A stretch of 64,000 nucleotides of DNA, taken from Methanotrichaceae archaeon. GTDB taxonomy: Archaea; Halobacteriota; Methanosarcinia; Methanotrichales; Methanotrichaceae. Position numbers and translations under genes: made by a program. The stretch lies in assembly GCA_963748825.1 (NCBI GenBank), contig CAVVKN010000002.1:32001-96000 (forward strand). The letters are read 5' to 3'. The notes under the pieces were generated by a model, which was not told the origin of the DNA, did no database searches, and saw nothing but the letters and a program-made list of their open reading frames with translations. Below, piece by piece: positions 29,238 through 39,155 of the stretch; the stretch's first letter is position 1; each line of letters opens with the position of its first letter.

Positions 29238-30446
29238 TCACGTCTCTTTTAGTTTTATTAGCCAAGTATCAATATCGTATGAAGTGCGGCGATGCGCATT
29301 TGTGCTGCCCGCAATTATATATCCATCTTTTATCTCTTGAACGGAATTTGCACTCTGTGTTCCCTGTCCTCCAAAGGCTTTGGTCCATTTTAAAGTCCCA
29401 TCGGAATCAATCTTTATCAGTAGAGCGTCACCTGGATCCGTGGCATTAGTGTTTGTGTAACCTGCGATGATATACCCGCCATCCTTTGTCTCCTTTATCC
29501 AATCGCCTTCATCTCTGCCAGGTCCACCAAATGTTTTATTCCACTCTACAATACCCTTTGAATTAGTTTTCACTACTAAGACATCGCTTTCCAGCTCAGC
29601 TTCATTAAACAACGCATTCGTCCATCCTGTAATAATATATCCTTTACCTTTTATTTCTTGAACAGATCTGCCAACATCCCCACTAGATCCGCCAAAAGTT
29701 TTATCCCATTCTTTATTTCCATCTGAATCTGTCTTTATCAGCCATGCATCAGCACTACCTGCACCATACGATTCAGTAAGACCTGTTACGATAAAACCAC
29801 TATCTTCTGTTTCAACTACTGACCACCCTTCATCATCCCCTGGCCCACCGAACGTTTTGTTCCACTGCTCTTTACCTGTTGAATCAGTCTTTATAAGCCA
29901 CAGATCGTCCTTTCCAAAGCCGTATGAGCTAGTAGCACCTGCAATGATATACCCGTCGTCTTTTGTCTCTTGGACCGAGTAGCCAGCATCATTATCCCGG
30001 CCTCCGAAAGTATTATCCCATTTTTTATTTCCCTTTGAATCCGTCTTTATTAGCCATGTATCGCTTTTTCCATTTCCATAGGACTCAGTGTAGCCTGTAA
30101 TAATGTATCCGCCATCTTTTGCCTGTTGGACGGACATACCTACATCAAGATTTACTCCACCAATGGTCTTATTCCACTCCTCAGTGCCATTTGAATCGGT
30201 CTTTATCAGCCAGAGATCACCGCCTCCCGCACCATAAGACTCTGTTAAACCTGTTAAGATGTACCCACTATCTCTTGTTACTTGGACTGAACCTCCTGGG
30301 TCGTTGCCATTGCCGCCGAAAGTTTTGTTCCATACCTCTTCAGGCTGAGCTGAAGCACCTAATATACTTAGCATCAGCATTGCTAACCCCAATATTACTA
30401 CTATCTTCAAAATATATCGCCTCTCAAAGTTGGTTGCATTTTTCAT
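29238..30446 (-). CDS. secreted 7-repeat beta-propeller protein (paralogue of 26276-27526)
   Basis: Signal peptide ending ASA-Q; 7 WNKTFGG...WLIKTDS repeats. Confidence 0.85.
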   Translation of the reverse strand: MKNATNFERRYILKIVVILGLAMLMLSILGASAQPEEVWNKTFGGNGNDPGGSVQVTRDSGYILTGLTESYGAGGGDLWLIKTDSNGTEEWNKTIGGVNLDVGMSVQQAKDGGYIITGYTESYGNGKSDTWLIKTDSKGNKKWDNTFGGRDNDAGYSVQETKDDGYIIAGATSSYGFGKDDLWLIKTDSTGKEQWNKTFGGPGDDEGWSVVETEDSGFIVTGLTESYGAGSADAWLIKTDSDGNKEWDKTFGGSSGDVGRSVQEIKGKGYIITGWTNALFNEAELESDVLVVKTNSKGIVEWNKTFGGPGRDEGDWIKETKDGGYIIAGYTNTNATDPGDALLIKIDSDGTLKWTKAFGGQGTQSANSVQEIKDGYIIAGSTNAHRRTSYDIDTWLIKLKET

Positions 30447-30470
30447 TTAACCTGGAGTCATGTCACTCCT

Positions 30471-30490
30471 ATGTAAGTTGCATATAACAT
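30471..30490. promoter_or_regulatory. candidate operator ATGTAA-N8-TAACAT
   Basis: ATGTAAGTTGCATATAACAT upstream of propeller gene 2; matches 25530-25549. Confidence 0.5.
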
Positions 30491-31041
30491 TATGTAATAT
30501 AAACTTTACTATTAGTAAAGAATAGCTCTCATAGGCAATATAGAAAACAGTTTAAATTATATTACTAATTTCATCGATAGCATTTAATTCCCTAAATGCC
30601 TCAATACAAGTAATTATTCTTTCAAATTTCAACCAACTAATATAATCTATAAAATTAATTAGATATATAATTTTCAAACATTGATATCTCAATCGCTAAT
30701 TAGATGCGGGCATCTCTGCTTGATTCAAGCTAATTCTAATTGAATTATACCTACATAGCTTTAAGCTGAACGTTATTTTAATATTCTCAAAGATCGCATC
30801 TAATATTAGAATTATGATCTAAAATTTATCTATCTAATAAAATCTAAAAAAACGAAAAGGTGTATCTATGAGCGATCTGCTATCCGATAAAGTTCTTGGC
30901 AGCAAAACACTCAAGGCCTTGGCCTCAAGTAAGAGAACTACAATTATCAAAAATCTTTCTTCGAGGCGTATGACTGTGACTGAGCTATCTAAAATCTCTG
31001 GCCTTCCAAAATCGACGATCTATGACAATTTGAGCGTACTA

Positions 31042-32360
31042 GTACAGCTGGGCTGATATAAACCAACGTATAAGGTTTTATATATAATCATTGATAGATA
31101 CTCTGCAACAGGGGAGTATCAATGCCGGGTCCGAAACCATCAGCAATCAACTTGAACGACATCGAGCGCCAAGGTTTGGAATTGCTTGTTCGTCGTTATA
31201 ATACAGGACAGCAAAAAGTTATCCGAGCACGGATTGTTTTGTTGGCTGCAATGGGGAAAAATAATCGCGAAATCGCTAATGAATTAGAGGTGTCCTTGGA
31301 CACTGCTCGATTATGGCGGCAACGATGGCTGGACTTGCAGCCGATTTCTTTGGACGATCTGAGCATTGAAGAACGCTTGGATGACCTGCCAAGACCTGGA
31401 GCCCCATCTCGTTTAACCGCAAACCAAATTTGTCAGATCCAACAGCTGGCTTGTGAGAAACCTGAAAAATCGGGCCGTCCAATTAGCCAATGGACAAGTC
31501 GTGAGATTGCGGCTGAAATAATGAAGCGGGGCATTGTAGATACGATTTCTGCTCGTCATTCTGCCAGGATTTTAAAAAAAATGGTCTCCAACCACACTTG
31601 ATTCGTTACTGGCTAACACCTGCACCGGACGAACGGTTCGACGAAAAGGTAGACGACATCAATTCATTGTATCAACAAGCGCAGAATTTGGCTCAAAAAG
31701 GTGAAGTTGTAATGAGCATCGATGAAATGACAGGGGTGCAAGCTCTCGAACGCAAACACCCTGGATTGCCAATGGCACCAGGAAAAGTGGAACGAAGAGA
31801 GTTTGAATACATCAGGCATGGAACTCAATCATTCATCGTGAGCTTTGCGGTAGCCAGCGGAAGGGTTGACACCATTTCTTGCGGCGATACGCGCAATGAG
31901 GATGACTTCGTATCGCATATCAAGAAGGTGGTTGAAAGCACTTTAGACGCATCCCGCTGGCACTTTGTAGCCGACAACCTCAATATCCATAAATCAGAAT
32001 CCCTCGTGAGGTATGTGGCAGAAGTATCTGACTTGGACATCGACTTAGGAATCAAAGGCAAAAGCGGTGTTTTGCAGTCGATCGATACTCGTGAATCATT
32101 CTTGACCGATCCATCCCACTCTATCGTCTTTCACTACACGCCGATACACGCTTCTTGGATGAACCAAGTTGAAATATGGTTTAGCATCTTAGTCCGGAAG
32201 CTGCTCAGGCGAGCCTCCTTTGCTTCCATCAATGATTTGAAAGCAAAGGTTTTGGCGTTTGTCGAGTACTTCAACCAGACAATGGCAAAGCCGTTCAAAT
32301 GGACATATCGAGGGAGAGCACTTACTGCCTAAAATTAGGCTTATTTAAGCCCAGATGTAC
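31042..32360 (+). mobile_element. IS630-family insertion sequence
   Basis: TA duplication within CTAG target; imperfect TIRs GTACAGCTGGGCTGATATAAACC / GGCTTATTTAAGCCCAGATGTAC; two transposase ORFs. Confidence 0.93.
31122..32332 (+). CDS. IS630 transposase (orfA 31122-31601, orfB to 32332; probable -1 frameshift)
   Basis: HTH (RARIVLL, PRPGAP) + DDE ([21 protein letters not shown]); A8 run at 31574-31581 joins frames to give [14 protein letters not shown]. Confidence 0.88.
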
Positions 32361-32529
32361 TAGTTAAGGCCGGATTGGTAGTGAAAGAAGATAAAATAAA
32401 TCAATGGGTTTATTATGAGCTGACAAAGAAAGGGAAAAGGTCAGCCCAAGGCATCGAACTAAAATAGTTCAAAATGAAATAGAAGAAAGACGCCCATGCG
32501 ATGTAAAAGGCGCTTTACTATTAATATTA

Positions 32530-32949
32530 TTATGGATTCTTGCGGCTGCGCCCCAGCACCATCTGCCGGGTAGCCCTCTCCGCCTCTATATTGCGCCGAC
32601 AAACCGGGCAGACCCGGATCCATTCCAGGCCCTCAGAGTCCTTCTGCAAATTGGCAGGAAGAACTGACTCAATCCTTCTCAGCATGGGCTCCGTGGCATA
32701 ACGCGATCCACAGATCTTGCAGGCCACCAGATCAAAGGACACATCAGGTTCAGGCACGGTCTCATCGAAAGGCATCAGAGTCAGAGCTTTGGCAGGGCAA
32801 AACTCCACGCAAAGATCGCACTCCTCTTTGCACCTCTTCCAGTGAATGCTCCGCATCTCTCCCGTCTCGGTACGGACGATATTTTGACTGGGACAGACAG
32901 TGGAACAGGATAGGCAGCCCAGACACAGGCTGGCATCAACTTTGATCAT
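32530..32949 (-). CDS. 4Fe-4S binding protein
   Basis: CLGCLSCSTVCP, CDLCVEFCP, CKIC, CPVC. Confidence 0.88.
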   Translation of the reverse strand: MIKVDASLCLGCLSCSTVCPSQNIVRTETGEMRSIHWKRCKEECDLCVEFCPAKALTLMPFDETVPEPDVSFDLVACKICGSRYATEPMLRRIESVLPANLQKDSEGLEWIRVCPVCRRNIEAERATRQMVLGRSRKNP

Positions 32950-33386
32950 CTCTTACCTCCATGGGCAGCAGCCCGAGCAGCGCGCGAGCGTGCCCGGCGA
33001 GACGCAATCTCAAAATCAGTGGATAGAGCATTGGCAGGACAGGTGGTAACGCAGGTGGGCTCCTCCGCGAGCCCTTCACATAGATCGCACTTGTGAGCGA
33101 TCTTGTTCGCCCGGACCACTCCGAAGGGACAGGCCAGCTGGCACAGGCCGCAGCCGGTGCACTTTTCCACATCAAAAGCCGTGCGCTCTCCCTCTTTATG
33201 CAAAGCCCCGCTAAAGCAGGCCATGGTGCAGCTGGCCTCCTCACAGTGATGACAAAATATGGGGACCGAGGCAGAGTCTCCCACAAAATGCACATTGATG
33301 TGTCCGCTGCCTCCGTGCACGCGCTGGCAGGCCACCTCGCAGGAGCGGCAGCCAATGCATCTACTGATGTCAATGTAAACGGGCAT
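32946..33386 (-). CDS. 4Fe-4S dicluster protein (FdhB/HydN-like electron-transfer subunit)
   Basis: CIGCRSCEVAC, CHHCEEASC, CTGCGLCQLACP, KCDLC...CVTTCP. Confidence 0.9.
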   Translation of the reverse strand: MPVYIDISRCIGCRSCEVACQRVHGGSGHINVHFVGDSASVPIFCHHCEEASCTMACFSGALHKEGERTAFDVEKCTGCGLCQLACPFGVVRANKIAHKCDLCEGLAEEPTCVTTCPANALSTDFEIASRRARSRAARAAAHGGKR

Positions 33387-35429
33387 TTAATCCCTCCGGG
33401 AAATCTTGCAGGCCGATACCTTGAACTCGGGTATCCTGGCTTCAGGATCTGTAACCTCTGTAGTGAGGATATTGGTTCCTGGGAAATGGAAGGGCATGAA
33501 CACCACTCCTCTTTTCACTTTATCCGTGAGGCGGGCATAAGCCTCGGTCTCACCCCGCTGCGTAGCAATGGTAACCTCATCGCCATCAGCCACCTTGAGC
33601 CGCGTGGCATCGGCTGGGTTGATCTCCACATAGAGATCCGGCTCGCGCTCCATGAGCGAGGGGCTTCTCCTGGTCATGGACCCGGCATTGTGATGCACAG
33701 CTACACGCCCGGTAGTCAGGATAAAGGGATAATCCCAGCTGGCGTCTTCTGCCGCCGGCCGGTAGGGGACGGGCACAATGAAGGCACGCCCCTCGGCAAA
33801 CTTGAAACCGGAGGAGTGAAGTATGGGCGTTCCCGGATGATCGGGACTGGGGCAGGGCCAGATGAGTCCGCCTTTATCGAGCCTTTCCCGGGTTATACCT
33901 GCGTACTGGGGAACGGTCCGGTTGATCTCCGCTAAAACTGATGCCGCATCAGGATAATCAAAATCAAGCCCCAGGCTGCCTGCAACCCGGCACACGATCT
34001 CCAGGTCGGAGAGTGCCGCTCCCGGCGGCTCAATGGCTTTGCTGCTCCACTGCACGCGCCTTTCCGTGTTGGTGAAGCTTCCTTCCTTCTCCGCCCAGGC
34101 CGCCGCCGGCAAAACGACATCTGCAAGCTGAGCAGTAGCCGTCATGAAAATATCCTGCACTACTAAAAAATCCAGATTTTCCAGCCCATCCCGGACATGC
34201 CGGCTACAGGGATCAGAGTTGGCCGGATCTTCGCCCACAATGTACATGGCCTTGATATCACCTGTGGCAGCAGCATCTATCATCTCCGTGGCTGTGAGGC
34301 CTGGGCCTGAGGGCAGGCTTTTTGCCCCCCAGGCAGAAGAGAAGAACTTGATGGTCTCAGGATCGTCTGCCTTTTTATAGCCGGGATAAAACTCTGCCAG
34401 TGCCCCCATATCGCAGGCACCCTGAACATTGTTCTGGCCGCGCAGAGGCATGACCCCTGTACCTGGCTTTCCCATATGCCCACAGATGAGGGCCAGATTG
34501 GAAACGGCCTGCACATTGTCTGTGCCCGTGCTGTGCTGAGTGATCCCCATAGAATAGAGTATAGAGGAAGCAGGAGATATGGCATAAGAACGCGCCGCCC
34601 TTACAATGTCGCCTGCGGCAACCCCAGTGATCTCGGCCACCTTTTCCGGAGAATAATCTTTGACCGACTCTGCCAGAGCCTCAAAGCCGCGGGTTCTTTG
34701 GGTGATGTAATCTCTATCTATCAGGCCCTCTTTGATTATCACATGAGCCATGCCGTTTAAGAGAGCCACATCCGTTCCAGGCTTAAGCTGCAAGAAGACA
34801 TCCGCCATCCAGGAGGTATGCGTTACACGAGGATCAGCTACGATTACCACGGCACCTGCATCCTTAGCCCTGTGGATCCAGCGGGAGATAACAGGATGAT
34901 TTTCCGCCAGATTTGATCCTATGATGAATATGCACTTGGAGTTAGCGATATCTGGGATGGGATTGGTCATTCCGGCTGCGCCGAGAGTACGATTCAATCC
35001 CACCACCGAGGGGGCATGACAGAGCCGGGCGCAGTTGTCCACATTGGGCGAGCCTAAAAGACGGGCCAGCTTCTCGATCAGATAGTCCTCCTCATTGCTG
35101 CATTTGGAAGAGGCCAGAAGGGCAATGCTGCCAGGACCGTACTTCTTGATGGCATCACCGATCCCCCGGGCCACCAGATCGATAGCTTCCTCCCAGGATA
35201 TCCTGGCCCAGCCTTCGCCTTTCCTCTTCAGAGGAGATGTAAGTCGCTCCTGGTGGTAGAGGATCTCCAAAGCGGCATTTCCCTTAGAGCATAAAGCACC
35301 CTCGCTGACAGGATGATCCGGCATATATTCTATCCCGGTGGCGCGATCCTTTTCTACTGCAATGAAAAATCCGCAGCCTGCACCGCAATATGGACAGACC
35401 GTTGGAACAAGCACTTTTGTCATCTTCAT
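33387..35429 (-). CDS. fdhF: formate dehydrogenase alpha subunit (FdhF-type, Cys ligand)
   Basis: CPYCGAGC, CARLCHAPS, MGITQH, LRGQNNVQGACDMG, PEFK. Confidence 0.88.
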   Translation of the reverse strand: MKMTKVLVPTVCPYCGAGCGFFIAVEKDRATGIEYMPDHPVSEGALCSKGNAALEILYHQERLTSPLKRKGEGWARISWEEAIDLVARGIGDAIKKYGPGSIALLASSKCSNEEDYLIEKLARLLGSPNVDNCARLCHAPSVVGLNRTLGAAGMTNPIPDIANSKCIFIIGSNLAENHPVISRWIHRAKDAGAVVIVADPRVTHTSWMADVFLQLKPGTDVALLNGMAHVIIKEGLIDRDYITQRTRGFEALAESVKDYSPEKVAEITGVAAGDIVRAARSYAISPASSILYSMGITQHSTGTDNVQAVSNLALICGHMGKPGTGVMPLRGQNNVQGACDMGALAEFYPGYKKADDPETIKFFSSAWGAKSLPSGPGLTATEMIDAAATGDIKAMYIVGEDPANSDPCSRHVRDGLENLDFLVVQDIFMTATAQLADVVLPAAAWAEKEGSFTNTERRVQWSSKAIEPPGAALSDLEIVCRVAGSLGLDFDYPDAASVLAEINRTVPQYAGITRERLDKGGLIWPCPSPDHPGTPILHSSGFKFAEGRAFIVPVPYRPAAEDASWDYPFILTTGRVAVHHNAGSMTRRSPSLMEREPDLYVEINPADATRLKVADGDEVTIATQRGETEAYARLTDKVKRGVVFMPFHFPGTNILTTEVTDPEARIPEFKVSACKISRRD

Positions 35430-35433
35430 CCCT

Positions 35434-36243
35434 TTAGTAAGCATAAAGATTGCTGTAGGGCCTCTTCGACTTGGGCGTGAGCCTGACGAACTGAGAATTC
35501 AAGATCTCATCTTTGCTCTTGTTGACCTTCGGAAAGCGCTCCACGAACCTGGAGACAAATTTATCCAGGACTGCCCTGTCGGACTCGTCTATGGGTGAAA
35601 TGTCCACCTGCCCGCCGACCTGAGACTGCTCTACATTGCCGCGCAGATAGATCACCCCTCCATGCATGCCTGAGCCTATGAAGTTGGCTTTATGGGTCAG
35701 GCCATGCAGGTCCAGGACTATCACAATTCCGCCCGCCATGTACTCGCCCAAAAAGTCCTGCGAGATGCCGCCTACGACCAGAACGGGCCTCTTGTCCTCG
35801 TACTCCTTCATGTGCAGCGCCGTTCTGTAGCCACAATTGTCTCGCACATAGATCTCGCCTCCGCGCATGGAAAAACCCAGTACATCTCCGGCCCGTCCCT
35901 TTACGACTATCTCTCCGCCGTCCATGGTGTTTCCCACGCCATCCTGAGCATTGCCGTGCACAGTTATCTTATGGCCGTAAAGAAAGGCGGCCAGGTCGTT
36001 GCCGGGAGTCCCGAAGATCTCGATCTCCATTTTAAGATGCTCGGGAGTGTAAAGGCGGGTGCCTATGTACCTCTGGCCGCAAACATTTGTGATGTTGACC
36101 TTTTTCACGCCGGAGAGCATCAAGTCCCTGAGCCGGCCATTTAGCTCTTTTGTCTCCAGATCTGTAGCATCGATCAGAGCGCACTTCCTCTCATCAGCCT
36201 GATCTGAATCGAGATTCGATTGGGATGCCGCTGCTCTCGCCAT
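35434..36243 (-). CDS. glutamate synthase domain 3 (GltB C-terminal GXGXG) subunit
   Basis: GQRYIG, GTPGNDL, GNAQDGVGNTM, DFLGEYMAGG, GMHGG. Confidence 0.9.
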   Translation of the reverse strand: MARAAASQSNLDSDQADERKCALIDATDLETKELNGRLRDLMLSGVKKVNITNVCGQRYIGTRLYTPEHLKMEIEIFGTPGNDLAAFLYGHKITVHGNAQDGVGNTMDGGEIVVKGRAGDVLGFSMRGGEIYVRDNCGYRTALHMKEYEDKRPVLVVGGISQDFLGEYMAGGIVIVLDLHGLTHKANFIGSGMHGGVIYLRGNVEQSQVGGQVDISPIDESDRAVLDKFVSRFVERFPKVNKSKDEILNSQFVRLTPKSKRPYSNLYAY

Positions 36244-36250
36244 TCTTCTC

Positions 36251-37765
36251 TCACTCTCCCGCACCCTTGATTCCTAATACATCAAGCTCCCACTCATACA
36301 GCCCCACGCCCCGCAGGTGGTCTCGGTTGCCGCGCAGGCTCTCCAGGGCGTTGATGCCCATGCCGCCCAGCATCTCGCTGATCTCATGCGACCAGGCAGT
36401 AATGAGGTTGGACAGCCTCTGCGAGGCGATATCCACATTCAGCCTGCCGGACAGGCGCGGGTCCTGAGTGCATATTCCCCAGTTGCACTTTCCGGTATAG
36501 CATTTCTGGCAGAGAGTGCAGCCCATGGCAATTAGAGCCGCTGATCCGATATAAACGGCATCAGCGCCCAGGGCTATGGCCTTGATTACGTCGCTGCTAC
36601 AGCGAATTCCGCCCGCGGCCACGATGGAGCATCTGTTCCTGATACCCTCTCTACGCAGGCGTCGGTCCAACGATGATATGGCAAGCTCTATTGGTATACC
36701 CACATTGTCCCGGATGGCTTTGGGGGCCGCTCCCGTTCCGCCCCGAAGACCATCGATGGCGATGATGTCCGCACCGGCTCGCACAATTCCCGAGGCTATG
36801 GCGGCAAAGTTATGCACGGCTGCGATCTTCACGGATATGGGCTTTTCGTAGTTGGTAGCCTCCTTCAGAGCGAAGATGAGCATGGATAGATCTTCAATGG
36901 AGTAGATATCATGATGCGGCGCTGGTGAGATGGCATCCGTGCCCATGGGGATCATGCGCGTCTCTGCCACCGCAGCCGAGACCTTCTCGCCGGGCAAGTG
37001 GCCGCCGATGCCGGGCTTGGCCCCCTGGCCCACCTTGATCTCCACGGCCTGGGCACAGTTCAGGTACTCAGCATCTATGCCGAAGCGGCCCGATGCCACC
37101 TGCACAATGGCACATCTTCCAAACTCTTCCCTCATCTCCCTGGGAAGGCCACCTTCACCGGTATTGAAATAGGTTCCCGACTTGCAGGCAGCCGTCGCCA
37201 GGGAACGGAAGGCGTTGTAGCTTATGGCTCCGTAGGACATGGCCGAGAAAAGGATAGGAGTTTCCACCATCAGATTGGGAGAGAGCTCGGTCTTAATCTC
37301 CACATCTCCGTCCTTTGCTGAAATGTCCATCAAGTCGGGCTTGGCGCCCAGGAAGGTGCGCAGCTCCATCGGTTCGCGCAATGGATCGATGGAGGGATTG
37401 GTGACCTGAGAGGCATTGAGCACGATATGGTCCCAGTAGATACGGAATGGCTTGTCGCTCCCGCATCCGGTAAGGATCACTCCTCCAGTCTCCGCTTGCT
37501 TCTTGAGGTCTTCCAGCTTCTCGCGAGACCAAGAGGCATTGGGCCGGTAGAACGAGGGCGTGGGCCGAACCACTATGGCATTTTTGGGACAGAAGATGAC
37601 GCATCTCTGGCAGCCGACGCACTTGTAGTCATCGGATGTCAGCCGGTCAGACACCGGATCGTAAGTATGGGTGCCAAAGGCGCACTGCCTCTCGCAGCCC
37701 CTACACTGGCCGCATTTTTCTTCGTCCCTGGTGATCTGAAACTCTGGAAAGACGAATGATTTCAT
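36251..37765 (-). CDS. archaeal glutamate synthase FMN subunit with ferredoxin domain
   Basis: N-terminal 2x4Fe-4S; MSYGA, NTGEGG, QVASGRFG, KVGQGAKPGIGGHLPG, SPAPHHDIYSIEDL, CTLCQKC...C. Confidence 0.93.
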   Translation of the reverse strand: MKSFVFPEFQITRDEEKCGQCRGCERQCAFGTHTYDPVSDRLTSDDYKCVGCQRCVIFCPKNAIVVRPTPSFYRPNASWSREKLEDLKKQAETGGVILTGCGSDKPFRIYWDHIVLNASQVTNPSIDPLREPMELRTFLGAKPDLMDISAKDGDVEIKTELSPNLMVETPILFSAMSYGAISYNAFRSLATAACKSGTYFNTGEGGLPREMREEFGRCAIVQVASGRFGIDAEYLNCAQAVEIKVGQGAKPGIGGHLPGEKVSAAVAETRMIPMGTDAISPAPHHDIYSIEDLSMLIFALKEATNYEKPISVKIAAVHNFAAIASGIVRAGADIIAIDGLRGGTGAAPKAIRDNVGIPIELAISSLDRRLRREGIRNRCSIVAAGGIRCSSDVIKAIALGADAVYIGSAALIAMGCTLCQKCYTGKCNWGICTQDPRLSGRLNVDIASQRLSNLITAWSHEISEMLGGMGINALESLRGNRDHLRGVGLYEWELDVLGIKGAGE

Positions 37766-38907
37766 TGCAAAACCTTCCTCATACTATTTAGTTCGCCTAT
37801 GACCGGTTCTCCTCCGTTGGGCGTCCAGACGCGGTCAAGCTGTGGCGAAATAAGTCTAATCGACGCTTCCTCTGAGGAGAGGTAGAACATCTCTCCTCTC
37901 GTGGCTGCGGTAATGGGTCGAAGCCTGATTCTGTCCGTGAGACCGATTATTCTCCCCGTCTGACCGATGATTATGGCAAAAGGCCCGTTCATGAGCAGAG
38001 GCGCATAGACCATCCTCAAAGTTGTGAGCAGCTTTTTCTCCTTCTCATTCATCCGGTCGATCGCATTCCAGATGGGTGGTGCGAGAATTTTGGCCACAAT
38101 CTCAATGGGAAGCTTTTGCCTTCTCATGAGAAGGTCCGCAGCATAAGCTATTACCTCAGTGTCCGTTTGCAGGGTGCAGGCATAGCCGTACATCTCCAGA
38201 TACCAGCGATTGGTGCCGTAAGAGGAGATCTCGCCGTTGTGAACGATGGTTGTATCCAGGAGGCTGAAGGGATGAGCCCCGCCCCACCAGGCCTGGGTGT
38301 TTGTGGGAAAGCGACCGTGCACCGTCCAGGCGTAGGCTGAGTAGAGCTTGTCGAGCATGAAGTACTCCCCGATATCCTCAGGATAGCCAACGCCCTTGAA
38401 GCAGCCCATGTTCTTGCCGGAAGAGAACACATGAGCATTCTCGATCCTGGTGTTCACCAGCATGATCTTCTCCACGATGTAATCCTCATCGGAGAGCGAA
38501 GCGTCTTCGCCCTGCTTTTTGGGAAGGACAAAGTAGCGCCAGACTAAGGGAGGATCGCTTACAGTTGCCTCATCACCATGAGGGATCTCTTCATCGTGGA
38601 CAACATCGAAGTTCTGGCAGAGAAAGGCATCCAGCTCCTTTTTTGCGTATACTTTATCCTGGGGGCTCTTGCCGGTGAACATAAGATGGAAGGCATAGTA
38701 ATCCTGGTACTGCGGGTATATGCCATAGGCTGCAAACCCCCCACCCAGACCATTGCCGCGTACGTGCATGTTGGCTATGGCCTTCATGACGCCCTCTCCG
38801 GTAAAGCGCTCCCCGTCTCGGTTCATGGCACCGAAGATGGAGCAGGCACAGATCTCTTTATTGTACAGCTCCCTTCTAATCCTTGGCATAGTAATCTTAG
38901 ACTCCAT
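37762..38907 (-). CDS. glutamate synthase glutamine amidotransferase (class II) subunit
   Basis: ACSIFG, RGNGLGGG, HGRFPTNT, AHPF, HNGE, DRIRLRP; start uncertain. Confidence 0.9.
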   Translation of the reverse strand: MESKITMPRIRRELYNKEICACSIFGAMNRDGERFTGEGVMKAIANMHVRGNGLGGGFAAYGIYPQYQDYYAFHLMFTGKSPQDKVYAKKELDAFLCQNFDVVHDEEIPHGDEATVSDPPLVWRYFVLPKKQGEDASLSDEDYIVEKIMLVNTRIENAHVFSSGKNMGCFKGVGYPEDIGEYFMLDKLYSAYAWTVHGRFPTNTQAWWGGAHPFSLLDTTIVHNGEISSYGTNRWYLEMYGYACTLQTDTEVIAYAADLLMRRQKLPIEIVAKILAPPIWNAIDRMNEKEKKLLTTLRMVYAPLLMNGPFAIIIGQTGRIIGLTDRIRLRPITAATRGEMFYLSSEEASIRLISPQLDRVWTPNGGEPVIGELNSMRKVLQ

Positions 38908-39002
38908 CCATCGACCTTTCTGCTGTTTTAACGCTAACCTTACCCATGTAAGTCTTGCTCGATTAGATGATGTGTGGGCAAGAAGTGATCGCAATAAATG
39001 TC

Positions 39003-39038
39003 TTATATCTATTTAAGAAACATTCATAATACTTATGA
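39003..39038 (-). promoter_or_regulatory. glt operon promoter with TCATAA-N3-TTATGA palindrome
   Basis: TTATATCTATTTAAG-N6-TCATAATACTTATGA. Confidence 0.6.
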
Positions 39039-39155
39039 TAGAAGCTAGTCGATGCAGGCACATTTCCTCTCACGATTTTTCCTCACTTTTTTTCAAGGTG
39101 ATTTTCTTGATGTAAGGCTAACAGCAAATAAAAAGGTGAGCCCGGATAAGGGGCT

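Larger units (their letters stand above)
30868..32467 (+). pseudogene. ArsR-like winged-helix regulator interrupted by IS630
   Basis: Joining 30868-31041 to 32363-32467 restores a 92-aa ORF: ...TVTELSKISGLPKSTIYDNLSVL|VKAGLVVKEDKINQWVYYELTKKG... Confidence 0.88.
25387..32529. mobile_element. putative ~7 kb genomic island
   Basis: Bounded by diverged direct repeats (25094-25386 / 32530-32822); AT-richer; accessory genes; contains an IS630; no integrase seen. Confidence 0.6.

Noticed and set aside
26430-30340. Regular ~150-nt DNA repeats (GGCTGATAAAGAC...) that could suggest a CRISPR array
   Set aside because: They are in-frame coding repeats of the beta-propeller proteins; no constant repeat with unique spacers and no cas genes.
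33093-33935. Long antisense or alternate-frame ORFs (e.g. 33093-33935, 4965-5708, 43153-43893, 53277-54044, 59028-59792)
   Set aside because: Shadows of well-supported genes on the opposite strand in GC-rich coding DNA.
33387-35429. Selenocysteine or pyrrolysine recoding in fdhF
   Set aside because: The active-site residue is a normal Cys (RLCH) and the ORF has no internal stop.
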